Origin: a virus
Taxonomy: Duplodnaviria > Caudoviricetes
Direction: 5' to 3' (one strand)
IMG/VR virus record: IMGVR_UViG_3300029145_000023
Location: 1-26,039 of that record
Length of the DNA: 26,039 bases
This document shows, one piece after another, positions 1 through 8,151 of the stretch. The position numbers and the translations under genes were made by a program. The first letter of the stretch is position 1. Each line of letters opens with the position of its first letter. Under the pieces are notes generated by a model. The model was not told where the DNA came from, did no database searches, and saw only the letters and a list, made by a program, of their open reading frames with translations.

Positions 1-17
1 GTTTCCCAGTCACGATC
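1..17 (+). other. Random-amplification (SISPA / Round A-B) primer remnant
   Basis: GTTTCCCAGTCACGATC is the well-known primer tag; its reverse complement is at the other end of the contig. Confidence 0.95.
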
Positions 18-116
18 AAAGAATTTCTTCTCGCATGCCGCTCGACAAAAGCGGTCATTCACCTTCGCCCGGCGAGCCGAAACAGGCTTGCCACATTCGG
101 TGCATTTCTTGTCCAT
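18..116 (-). CDS. Small zinc-finger protein, truncated by the contig end (not in ORF track)
   Basis: GAGGT RBS, then MDKKCTECGKPVSARRAKVNDRFCRAACEKKFF...; CxxC...FCxxxC pattern. Confidence 0.7.
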
Positions 117-139
117 TTCAACCTCACGTTGAGCCGTGC

Positions 140-421
140 TCAAACCTTGCTTTTACGCATATCCGCGACTGCGTAAATGTGACAGAACTCCAACGGGGAG
201 AACGTATCTTGAACGTTCTCGATAGCCTGATCTGCGTCGAACTCGCCAGCCATTCCTGGAACAACGAAGCATCCCGGCGACACCCGATCGATGAAACCGT
301 TTTCGATAAACAGCTCAATCACAAACTCAATTGCGTCCTGTTCGGTTTCGAAAAGCAGTATCGACTCATCGCCAACGCTGTCTATCTCAATCGTTTCCGA
401 GAACAAAAATACTGCGTGCAT
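140..421 (-). CDS. Acidic hypothetical protein
   Basis: ORF 140..448; the ATG at 421 (MHAVF) has a GGAG RBS; co-oriented with the operon. Confidence 0.7.
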   Translation of the reverse strand: MHAVFLFSETIEIDSVGDESILLFETEQDAIEFVIELFIENGFIDRVSPGCFVVPGMAGEFDADQAIENVQDTFSPLEFCHIYAVADMRKSKV

Positions 422-451
422 CAAAAACTCTCCTTGAGTCTTACTCAAACT

Positions 452-892
452 TTACTTTTTGATCAGCGACGTGCCTTCACGTATGGCCTTAGCCCTTGCG
501 TAAGCTGCCTCTCCGATTTGATTCATGCTTGTCCGATGACGATCCTGTCGATCGTTTCGCCACTTTTCCCTCTGCTCTTCATTGAGCATGGACAACATGC
601 TCTCGACGTCTTCACGCTTTCCTTCGTCGCCAATCAGAAACGAGTCGTAGGCGTCGGCAATTTCCAATCGGTGTTCGAAAATCCACTCGCTATCAATGCC
701 TCTAGCTTCGAGCCATTGATCCCAGCCAAACACCACTGGCGTACTTTCGTCAGAACCCCCGACCTCCTCCGCGCCAAAACCCGTAGATAGAAGAGCAACA
801 CACACACCAGCTACCTCTAACGAAGGCGCGTAGAAAGTGTACGGATCGCTTGGATTGATTAGTCTGAAAAGCGTCAGTTCTTTAGTGCTCAT
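452..892 (-). CDS. Hypothetical phage protein
   Basis: 146-aa ORF with natural composition in the minus-strand operon. Confidence 0.8.
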   Translation of the reverse strand: MSTKELTLFRLINPSDPYTFYAPSLEVAGVCVALLSTGFGAEEVGGSDESTPVVFGWDQWLEARGIDSEWIFEHRLEIADAYDSFLIGDEGKREDVESMLSMLNEEQREKWRNDRQDRHRTSMNQIGEAAYARAKAIREGTSLIKK

Positions 893-1005
893 TTAAGAAT
901 CCGCTCTGATGAGCGCCTCAAAACGTGTTCGTGTTCGAACTTGTTTCCTCGGATCACGTTACGTCGATCCCCTCAAACCACACCTAAATCCGCGTTGATT
1001 CCCCC

Positions 1006-1386
1006 TCAAACTGCATCTTCGTATTCGTCGTCCCACTCAACGCCCAACTCCTCAAGTCTGAGCCGAACCTCTTGAACCGTGCGCCTTCCGATGTTCGCTT
1101 GCAACTCTAATTGCTTTGGTGTGAACCTCCGAACCAACTCACCGACGTAGATTGCGCCGAGATGCTTCTCAATCGCGTTCACCGTCTTCACTGCCAAACC
1201 GATCGCGGCCAAAGGAAGCTCCATAGCTGGAAGCCTGAGCGACTTCCCTGTCAGCTCAAGCTCCGCCTTCTCTAACACATCCCTAGCCGCGTTGAAGTTC
1301 CCTAACGAAATGTGCATCGCGATGCGTTTGCCGAACGAGTCGCATTGTTCAATGTCGAATTTCGTTAGGCTGTGTGGCTGTCTCAC
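1006..1386 (-). CDS. RNA polymerase alpha-subunit C-terminal-domain-like protein
   Basis: LPLAAIGLAVKTVNAIEKHLGAIYVGELV...LELQANIGRRTVQEVRLRLEELGV follows the alpha-CTD pattern (LxxRxxNxL...IxxxGDL...NxGxKSxxEIxxxLxxxGL). Confidence 0.8.
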   Translation of the reverse strand: MRQPHSLTKFDIEQCDSFGKRIAMHISLGNFNAARDVLEKAELELTGKSLRLPAMELPLAAIGLAVKTVNAIEKHLGAIYVGELVRRFTPKQLELQANIGRRTVQEVRLRLEELGVEWDDEYEDAV

Positions 1387-1574
1387 TGAACCTGCTCCCG
1401 TCGTTCAAGCCACTCTCGATATCCAGCGAACAGTTCTGAATCACGAATCGATGGCTCAGCGTGCTCGGCCAGCGTCTCCACGAGCTCGGCGAGTTGCGAC
1501 CAATGGTTGTCACGTTCGACAACAAACTGACGGTCGAAGCCGCGTAGCATCTTGATTGCGTCGACAACGTTCAT
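1383..1574 (-). CDS. Hypothetical protein
   Basis: Likely start ATG 1574 (MNVVDAIK) with a GAGGGG RBS; 4-nt overlaps with both neighbours. Confidence 0.65.
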   Translation of the reverse strand: MNVVDAIKMLRGFDRQFVVERDNHWSQLAELVETLAEHAEPSIRDSELFAGYREWLERREQVQ

Positions 1575-1735
1575 TCGACTCCCCTCAAGAGTTCCAAAGC
1601 CTTTGCGTAAGCTTGTGACCTTCCCTTGGCTTTCAATCGATGCTCGTAAAGCCTGCATGATTTCGATGACTCATCCGCTTTTCGCTTCTGGGCCTGCAAT
1701 CGCTTTTTGATTTGTTGAAGTTCGTTATTGGTCAT
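1571..1735 (-). CDS. Small basic protein, 54 aa (not in ORF track)
   Basis: MTNNELQQIKKRLQAQKRKADESSKSCRLYEHRLKAKGRSQAYAKALELLRGVE; starts just after the recombinase stop and has an ATGA overlap with the next gene. Confidence 0.7.
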   Translation of the reverse strand: MTNNELQQIKKRLQAQKRKADESSKSCRLYEHRLKAKGRSQAYAKALELLRGVE

Positions 1736-1737
1736 TG

Positions 1738-2592
1738 CTAAACCACGATTGATTCAGGTGTTGGAATGTCCTTGTAGGCTTCCTCAATGTTGAGGTAATG
1801 CTTGGACGTGATTGTTGGATCCGAGTGCCCTCCGTGAATCCATCCAGTTCCCTTGCAGACAGCCTCGATGTGCGTGATCGATGACCGCCTGATCTTGTGG
1901 AAGAACTGACCGCGAGGCGACTCGAGTCCGGCATTGCGCATCGCCTGCTTTGCAATCACTACAAGCCTGTCCGGTCCTGCCCACATCGGAAACGCAATCT
2001 CTCGCGCTGCCGGATCAATCGCCTCAACGAGTTTCAAAGTCGAATCGTTGATGCGGCACACCTTTTGAGCGCCTGTCTTGCCTTGAACCACCGTGAACGT
2101 TTTCGAACGTAGCCAATCCATTTCGAGCCTTAGCAAGTCACCGCGACGAAGTGCGGTATCCCAAGCGACCGCAATGATGGCCTTGACGAATCGACCCTTG
2201 TTCAAGCCTGTGCGAATAAAGGTTCCCTTTAGTTCCCCAGCCGCCTCTTGAAGCCGCTGCATTTCTTCAACATTCCAAACGTCAATCAATGGCCTCGGGC
2301 ACTTGATAGTTTTGACCTTGCGTGGCTCATACTCTGAAAGCCCGTCCTCGTTTGCGCCGCGAGCCAAGACTAACAATTGCGTTCTACGTGTTTTGGTTGT
2401 GTATCGAGACGTCGCGTTGTTCAGTGACCAAGTAAGGAAGTCGTTGAGGAACTCGTCGGATAGGTGCTTCAATTTGACGGGAGAACCGCGCCAGCTATCG
2501 ATCCTTCGAACAACCGTCCTGTATCCCGAAATGGTCGACGCTGAGAGATCCCTCGCAGCGATGTAGTGTTCTAGGTAATTCCTCAACTTCAT
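1738..2592 (-). CDS. Tyrosine recombinase (second copy, in the replication operon)
   Basis: Catalytic motifs TALRRGDLL (R), QGKTG (K), HKIRR (HxxR), GGHS (H), KHY (Y); likely start MKLRNYLE at 2592. Confidence 0.92.
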   Translation of the reverse strand: MKLRNYLEHYIAARDLSASTISGYRTVVRRIDSWRGSPVKLKHLSDEFLNDFLTWSLNNATSRYTTKTRRTQLLVLARGANEDGLSEYEPRKVKTIKCPRPLIDVWNVEEMQRLQEAAGELKGTFIRTGLNKGRFVKAIIAVAWDTALRRGDLLRLEMDWLRSKTFTVVQGKTGAQKVCRINDSTLKLVEAIDPAAREIAFPMWAGPDRLVVIAKQAMRNAGLESPRGQFFHKIRRSSITHIEAVCKGTGWIHGGHSDPTITSKHYLNIEEAYKDIPTPESIVV

Positions 2593-2618
2593 TTCTGCGC
2601 CCCCACGCAAAACGTTGG

Positions 2619-3527
2619 TCAATCGCCCTGCAATGCCGCCTTGCATCCGGCCCTAATTTCTTCGATCGAGTCTCCGCGTTTGTCCCGCTCGTAAATGTGT
2701 TCTTCAAGCCACTCCTGGCCTTTTCCAATGCGTCGAGCGGAATCGATGAAACCGGCAATTTCCATATTCCGCTTAACCGCAGGGTCGACGTAAGCACTCT
2801 CGGTCTGACTCTTCGCCTTGGCCTCCGGAACAAAATCACGCCACAAGCTGTCTCTGATCCATCGCCAAAGATCCTGCGGTAGACGATCCGCTTCACGACA
2901 ATGCTTTGTGTACGCTTTTGTCGCGATGAGCAATTTCGACTGATCCTCTTCGCTGAGACCGCGAGCCTGATCGAACGCTTTCGCCTTGCCGACGCGCCTG
3001 CCATCTCGCGAAGGGCTTGCACTCCAGACTGACTCGAACCACTCCGGATACTCTTGCGAACTCCGATTTTCCGCCTTGCGCACTGGTAAAGACGTAGTCT
3101 TTACCTCTTCTCTTCTCTTCTCTTCTCTAGTCGCATCGATGTCGCCTTTGGATGGCGACACATCGGCGACACGAGACCTTTCGGACTGCTTGTTTTTTGT
3201 CTTAACTGCCCTCTGCTTAGCACTTTGCGACAAATGACGTTCAAACTTGGGAATTTTGATTACTGGACGCTCTCCGCTGTCGTCATACTCGAGCCAACCG
3301 ACGTCGCACATCAATTCCGGAAAACCGGGAAGGTTCACAACACGACCGAGCGACACAAGTGCGACACCTGTCGCCGTTCCGTCGCCACATTGTCGCGACA
3401 CCCACGACCATATTTTGTGACAGTAGCCGACGATGTGTTCCTCACGTTCGTCCATGCGATCAGCCATCTCGATCACTGCGGGATCTTCATAAAGGTCGAT
3501 TCGCATTTTGATCCAGTCGCCAGCCAT
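2619..3527 (-). CDS. Phage replication initiator / replisome organiser-like protein
   Basis: N-terminal MAGDWIKMRIDLYEDPAV, central REEKRREE linker and C-terminal FESVW..P....GKAKAF motif are typical of phage replication proteins. Confidence 0.8.
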   Translation of the reverse strand: MAGDWIKMRIDLYEDPAVIEMADRMDEREEHIVGYCHKIWSWVSRQCGDGTATGVALVSLGRVVNLPGFPELMCDVGWLEYDDSGERPVIKIPKFERHLSQSAKQRAVKTKNKQSERSRVADVSPSKGDIDATREEKRREEVKTTSLPVRKAENRSSQEYPEWFESVWSASPSRDGRRVGKAKAFDQARGLSEEDQSKLLIATKAYTKHCREADRLPQDLWRWIRDSLWRDFVPEAKAKSQTESAYVDPAVKRNMEIAGFIDSARRIGKGQEWLEEHIYERDKRGDSIEEIRAGCKAALQGD

Positions 3528-3570
3528 TTCTTAACCTTGGTGTCCGTTCCAGACTTGCGATAACCGTTAG

Positions 3571-4200
3571 CTAAATCGCATTCGAGCCATTCGGATTCTT
3601 TTCCTCGAACAAAACGCCTTGAACGTGTTCTCTCGGCTCCATTCGAACCGGCTCATCAATCTGTGAGTCGATACGAAACTTGATTTCTCTCGTTACCCTC
3701 GGAAATGCAATGCGGATTCCCTTTTGTTTGTGAATCCATTCGTGGCACGAACGGCAAAGCGTCATCAGATCCTCATTGCTCTCCGCAAATAGCTCGTACT
3801 TCCAATGGTGGACCTGCAATTCCTCTTCTGACTTGCATCGCGAGCAACGATAATCGTCTGTGCGAAGCCGCTTCTCGCGAACTGCGATCCAATGTCTCGT
3901 TTGCCAGTATCGTTCTCGCGCAATCTTCTGAAGCTTTGCGTCTAACAACTCACTTGTATCCAAACCTTCATTGATCAACCGATAAGGATCGTCCTGAGTT
4001 CCATGCCCTTCGATTTCCCAATTCAGTTCATTCCGAAGCCGCTCGATCGCAGGAGCCAACCGGCTACCCTTATGCCGATTCTCAAAGTACAGCTTCGTTA
4101 GCGCTCCACGCCTAAGAAGCTCAGCAACTTGATCAATGTGAGACTCGTGGTACTTTCCTGCACTCTCGTAAGTCTCTCGCTGAAGTTCGCGTCCATTCAT
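3571..4200 (-). CDS. HNH endonuclease with N-terminal winged-HTH-like domain
   Basis: CSRC...LQVHH...EDLMTLCRSCHEWIH HNH motif; N-terminal SRLAPAIERLRNELNWEIE resembles a phage wHTH. Confidence 0.85.
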   Translation of the reverse strand: MNGRELQRETYESAGKYHESHIDQVAELLRRGALTKLYFENRHKGSRLAPAIERLRNELNWEIEGHGTQDDPYRLINEGLDTSELLDAKLQKIARERYWQTRHWIAVREKRLRTDDYRCSRCKSEEELQVHHWKYELFAESNEDLMTLCRSCHEWIHKQKGIRIAFPRVTREIKFRIDSQIDEPVRMEPREHVQGVLFEEKNPNGSNAI

Positions 4201-5357
4201 GGAACAAGCATCCGTTCAATCTGATTTCCAAACACGGTCCATCCTTCGACCTGCTTACGTCCAAATAACTCAAGCCTCGGACCGGGAGATACACGCTCGA
4301 TGATTTCGCGGACCTCGTCTGGCTTCTCGCTATGCTTGCGACGAGGAAATTCTCCCCAGCTTCGATGGTTCTTTTCGGGAAACGTCTTTGAATTGCCTCG
4401 CGTACCGAGCAATAGAAACTCGTGCGATACGCGCCAAGTGTTCCCCATACCCATTTGCGGCTTGACCCACACAAAGCACGAGCGATACTCAAAACCCCAT
4501 GACGTGATCACCTCGAACGCATCTTTCAGAAATGCATTTGTCGTCCACAAATGCAGTTGTGCGTTATCGGCAACCATTTCCTCGACACCCATCTCGCAGA
4601 TCTCGCGAACGGTCATCGTTGGGTAATGGTTATCGGTAGAGCCCCGTGTTCCTTGATTGCCGTACTTCCAAGGCGGGTCTGCGTATACGCAGCCGAAGTT
4701 TCGACCGTAGAGGCTTTCTTCGTCTGTAATTATTTGGTCGAACAACTCTTCCGGTTGATCATGGTCGATTGTCTCAGCAGCTTCGCGCTGCTTCTTTACC
4801 TTGCGAACGATTGTAGAAACGGCGGGTTGAGTAACGCCAAAGTCAGCCGCTATTTGCGACTGTGTCTCTCCCGCCTCAACCCGCGCAAAGATAGACTCGC
4901 GTGCTTCCTTTGGAATCTTTACGCGGCAGTCGTGCTCAGGTTTATAACTATTGGCATTAGTGCCATTAGTTATATTGCCGTACTCCCTAACCCACTCGCG
5001 AGAAACCCCAAGCACACCGGCGATCGCCTTCTGAGAATAGCCAGCTTCGCGGAGCTCGCCAGCGATCTTCTTTTGCTGTTCCCTCACTTCTTGTTTCTGT
5101 TCGTGCGAAAGATTCCGCCGTTGCATGTTGAATCTGATCGTTGCCGCTGGCCGCTCTTCTTCCGGAATGTCGACGATGATTACCGGAGCATTCTTGTCGA
5201 TTCGGTATCGATGGTGACCGTCGATAATGTTTCCATCTTGGTCTACAACGATTGGATGCTTTACGCCATTCTTCTTGATGTCTGCTTTCAGTGCATCAAA
5301 CTCTTCCGTAGTCAACGGAGGAAGAACATCTTTGAATGGGGTGTTGAACTTAGGCAT
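4197..5357 (-). CDS. ParB/Srx-HTH-MT-A70 family adenine methyltransferase fusion
   Basis: N-terminal PPLTTEEFDALKADIKKNGVKHPIVVD...IIDGHHRY (ParB); two HTH-like segments; YADPPW, HSEKP and RLELFGR motifs (MT-A70). Start 5357 has a GAGGA RBS. Confidence 0.92.
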   Translation of the reverse strand: MPKFNTPFKDVLPPLTTEEFDALKADIKKNGVKHPIVVDQDGNIIDGHHRYRIDKNAPVIIVDIPEEERPAATIRFNMQRRNLSHEQKQEVREQQKKIAGELREAGYSQKAIAGVLGVSREWVREYGNITNGTNANSYKPEHDCRVKIPKEARESIFARVEAGETQSQIAADFGVTQPAVSTIVRKVKKQREAAETIDHDQPEELFDQIITDEESLYGRNFGCVYADPPWKYGNQGTRGSTDNHYPTMTVREICEMGVEEMVADNAQLHLWTTNAFLKDAFEVITSWGFEYRSCFVWVKPQMGMGNTWRVSHEFLLLGTRGNSKTFPEKNHRSWGEFPRRKHSEKPDEVREIIERVSPGPRLELFGRKQVEGWTVFGNQIERMLVP

Positions 5358-5436
5358 TCCGTTCCTCATCAATATCAAACGGGCATCCCTGCCCTAAGCG
5401 TCCGCATCCTGCGTGGTTTCCCGCCTGGGAAAAGTC

Positions 5437-6561
5437 CTATTTACCGTTCGAGCGCTCGCCACGCTTCGACTTCATATCTTCGACCTTGGCTTCGCACAGT
5501 CGATTGATAGTCTCCGCCTCAATTAGCTGAAGCTCTTCGTTCTCGAGAATACCGGCGTTCTCGCTCAAAAATGAGCACGCCTTTTGAGCTACGGCTTTGA
5601 CCTCGCTCACCTCTTTGCATTTGGCAAGATTTGCAACGAGTCCCTTTTCGACCTGGCTGTCGAGTGCCTTGAATGCCGCTTGTCGTTCTTCGGCGGTTGG
5701 TGGCTCGGGATTGTTGACCGGCACGCGCGAAGTTGTTTCGGCAGTCCCTTCGACAACGTCAGCATCGTCGTCCGGATCAATTCCAATCTCTTGGCCAGTG
5801 ACGATCGCGTAGATGCGACGATAGAGTTTGCTTTCAGCCTTGCCGTGTAGGAGATCGTCCGAGTCAGTCGGGTACCATTTCAAGGCAATACGAAAATCGC
5901 CTTTCTCGGTTTGCTCACAGACCAACGAGTCGGGCTTGCCATGAAAGATCCAGGTCGCCGAAGCCGGTATCCGAGCGTGATGCTTCTCGTTTCCGTTCTT
6001 GTAGCGACCACATACGACGACCTCAGCTATCCCGATCGTAAGCTCAAGATTCGAAAACCCTTCGAGCTCGTCGAGCAATCGTTTGAATCCCTCTTTCGTC
6101 GCGTAGAGTTGGCCTGAGATGATGTTCACCTCATTGCCAACCATCCGGAGCCCTTTGCTAAAGGCTTCGATTGCGACGTCGGCGACGACGTCGCGTTCGT
6201 ATGGCTTCTTCTTGTCACCTTGGTTATCTGTCTTGAAACCAAGCTTTGTGTTCTGGAGCTGCATTAACGCATCAAGAATCGGGCCTTGCACTGCGGTGCG
6301 AAGTGTCTGAATGAAACTCGATTGCAAGGCCATGCGTTCCACTTCATCTTGGCACGCGAGCACTTCAGTCCGAGCCTTACGAATGAAGTTTCCGAGCTGG
6401 CGAAGCTCTTTGCGCTCGACCTTCAATGACAGTTCGAAATTACCGCAATCATCTGGATCGACGTGATCAGGATCAGCCGTCGCTAATTGCGTTGTTTCCG
6501 TTTCCTGTGTTTCTTCGACCTCTTTCGTATCTTCTGCATCCAGCAATTCTTGGTCAGACAT
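5437..6561 (-). CDS. Probable single-strand annealing (RecT/Bet-like) recombination protein
   Basis: AIEAFSKGLRMVGNEVNIISGQLYATKEGF core, acidic linker, and position upstream of replication genes; family assignment is inference. Confidence 0.55.
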   Translation of the reverse strand: MSDQELLDAEDTKEVEETQETETTQLATADPDHVDPDDCGNFELSLKVERKELRQLGNFIRKARTEVLACQDEVERMALQSSFIQTLRTAVQGPILDALMQLQNTKLGFKTDNQGDKKKPYERDVVADVAIEAFSKGLRMVGNEVNIISGQLYATKEGFKRLLDELEGFSNLELTIGIAEVVVCGRYKNGNEKHHARIPASATWIFHGKPDSLVCEQTEKGDFRIALKWYPTDSDDLLHGKAESKLYRRIYAIVTGQEIGIDPDDDADVVEGTAETTSRVPVNNPEPPTAEERQAAFKALDSQVEKGLVANLAKCKEVSEVKAVAQKACSFLSENAGILENEELQLIEAETINRLCEAKVEDMKSKRGERSNGK

Positions 6562-7018
6562 TAGCTAATCCTTTGACGTCGTATTTAGGATCCTTGGGTT
6601 TATTGATCTCGCTAATCGCGAGAATGATCTCGTGAAGATTGAGTAACTTGCAGGGTTGATGGGTGAGCGAACAAAGTGACTCACCGAACTCGGTTTCGCG
6701 ATGGTTTTCGAGGCTGCAACCGCCAAAGCAATGGCCGTTCTGATCAACGTACTCACGTTGAAACTTGTTAAACTGCATGACCTCCATGCACTCGACTTGT
6801 GACCACGAACCGTCTCGATACAGTCCGGACTTGACCAGAACGAACCCGCGCAAAATCGAATCTATCGAGTGATGCCAATCCTCAAGCCTCTCAAGGAAGC
6901 TCCGCAACCTAATTGCATCCGGGTCCGATTCAACTTGCTCCGCAACCCAATCATTGCGAGCGTTGATAATCGCCACACGCTTGTCGTACTCATATTCGTT
7001 CTCAAGCGATGGAATCAT
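6554..7018 (-). CDS. Hypothetical protein with Cys/His-rich C-terminus
   Basis: GGAGG RBS before ATG 7018; HCFGGC...LCSLTHQPC. Confidence 0.7.
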   Translation of the reverse strand: MIPSLENEYEYDKRVAIINARNDWVAEQVESDPDAIRLRSFLERLEDWHHSIDSILRGFVLVKSGLYRDGSWSQVECMEVMQFNKFQREYVDQNGHCFGGCSLENHRETEFGESLCSLTHQPCKLLNLHEIILAISEINKPKDPKYDVKGLANV

Positions 7019-7503
7019 TCGCACGCCTCCGAGTTGCTACCACTTTGCGCAAACTCATCGCGAACAAACTCAACAAGGTCATCCCAAGCCGCTGGGCAGC
7101 GAAGACAATCACCCGCCTGAAGCAGAGCGAGAAACAGCCTCCCGTCGCTCATCATGAAAAGCGTTACCGCCAGTTCCTTTGTCGTCATCTCGATCAAGTG
7201 CCAATTTGCAAGCCGTTGCTGTATTAGACGCAAGCAGGGCTCGGCCTCGAGCTGACGCAATGTCCATTTGCTTTTGTCTGAGACGAGCACGCTTTTTCCG
7301 CCAGCGCTCAAACTGAAAACAGATGAACTCGTGGATGATGAGGACACTGACCGCGGTTGCAAGAATAGCCACTGGCGTATCCATCGCTTCACCTTTGCAA
7401 TAAAGAAGGATGGGCAGCAACGCACCGTTTCCGTACGTGAATCCTTGTCGTGCGCGCCACCCACCCCACGTTTGCGTGTCGAGTTTGGTTTAGCAAATGC
7501 CAC
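7015..7503 (-). CDS. Hypothetical protein (overlaps a second candidate ORF)
   Basis: GTG start with a GGAGG RBS; stop overlaps the next ATG (ATGA). Confidence 0.5.
   Translation of the reverse strand: MAFAKPNSTRKRGVGGAHDKDSRTETVRCCPSFFIAKVKRWIRQWLFLQPRSVSSSSTSSSVFSLSAGGKSVLVSDKSKWTLRQLEAEPCLRLIQQRLANWHLIEMTTKELAVTLFMMSDGRLFLALLQAGDCLRCPAAWDDLVEFVRDEFAQSGSNSEACE
7109..7384 (-). CDS. Candidate single-pass membrane protein nested in another frame
   Basis: AAGGTGA RBS; MDTPVAILATAVSVLIIHEFICFQF followed by basic WRKKRARLR. Confidence 0.45.
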   Translation of the reverse strand: MDTPVAILATAVSVLIIHEFICFQFERWRKKRARLRQKQMDIASARGRALLASNTATACKLALDRDDDKGTGGNAFHDERREAVSRSASGG

Positions 7504-7675
7504 GACGAACCTCCGCTTTACCTGATCTGCGAACAGGAATACATCGAGGTGCTTCGACCGTGACTTTCTGTACTCTGGGGAGATGGATCACAATTCGTCT
7601 CGCTTCCGCTGCGATTGAATTTAGATCGACTTCAGACAGGTCGATTAGGACCTGATCATCCTTGAGAACGAGCAT
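7490..7675 (-). CDS. CsrA/RsmA-like small RNA-binding protein
   Basis: MLVL at the N-terminus and VTVEAPRCIPVRR match the CsrA MLxL...IxAPxxxxVxR signature; 61 aa; GGAGG RBS. Confidence 0.7.
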   Translation of the reverse strand: MLVLKDDQVLIDLSEVDLNSIAAEARRIVIHLPRVQKVTVEAPRCIPVRRSGKAEVRRGIC

Positions 7676-7806
7676 GTGATTGCCTCCGTGCGTAGTTGAT
7701 TGTGTTTCTTACACGAATCAAAACTAATCGGGGCCGCTGCTCAGAATGAGCAAGAGGCCGGGTTTGGATACCGGCTCAGAAAATGGTACATGGGTTAGCG
7801 TGTACC

Positions 7807-7841
7807 AAAAAAATAGCCGACATCAACATTGACGCCGGCTA
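7807..7841 (-). terminator. Intrinsic terminator downstream of the HTH gene, overlapping the early promoter start site
   Basis: RNA UAGCCGGCGUCAA-UG-UUGAUGUCGGCUA (arms fully complementary with two G-U pairs) followed by U7. Confidence 0.85.
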
Positions 7842-7868
7842 GTTTATTGACTTTTGACAATATGTCAA
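7841..7868 (-). promoter_or_regulatory. Sigma70-type early promoter with overlapping palindrome
   Basis: TTGACA (7868-7863), 16 nt, TAAACT (7846-7841); palindrome TTGACA-ATA-TGTCAA at 7854-7868. Confidence 0.7.
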
Positions 7869-7873
7869 CAGGG

Positions 7874-8104
7874 TTATGCGACTTGTGGGATATTTTTTGA
7901 AATCAGTTCAACGGCTGTACATCGCAAAGCTTTTGCAGCTCGCTCAACTGTGTCAAGTGTTGGAACCCTTCGCCCAGCTTCGAGTTGCGCCCACGTAGGC
8001 TGCGATATCTTCATTGCTACTGCGGCTTGCGCTTGCGTCCATCCCAGCTCAAGACGACGAGAGCGGATGTTTTTGCAAAACGTATTGTGCATATTCATGT
8101 CCAT
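7874..8104 (-). CDS. XRE-family HTH regulator (Cro-like or minimal repressor)
   Basis: NIRSRRLELGWTQAQAAVAMKISQPTWAQLEAGRRVPTLDTVERAAKAL; no S24 peptidase domain. Confidence 0.93.
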   Translation of the reverse strand: MDMNMHNTFCKNIRSRRLELGWTQAQAAVAMKISQPTWAQLEAGRRVPTLDTVERAAKALRCTAVELISKNIPQVA

Positions 8105-8111
8105 GCCTCCC

Positions 8112-8139
8112 AGTATAGACGATCGGCAATCGACCGCAA
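8112..8139 (-). promoter_or_regulatory. Promoter of the HTH gene, probably leaderless
   Basis: TTGCGG, 16 nt, TATACT, 7 nt, ATG (8104). Confidence 0.6.
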
Positions 8140-8151
8140 TGAAAGTTCTTC

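Noticed and set aside
3105-3128. (CTCTT)n short tandem repeat as a contingency locus or iteron
   Set aside because: It encodes the REEKRREE linker common in phage replication proteins, and the frame is intact.
3636-3655. Second att site from other TTCGAACC (T-loop-like) matches, also near 12730
   Set aside because: They lie inside coding regions and lack flanking T-stem and acceptor-stem structure.
4551-5507. 318-aa plus-strand ORF, and similar ones such as 35..790 and 13851..14453
   Set aside because: Antisense shadows of well-supported minus-strand genes, with no motifs or RBS.
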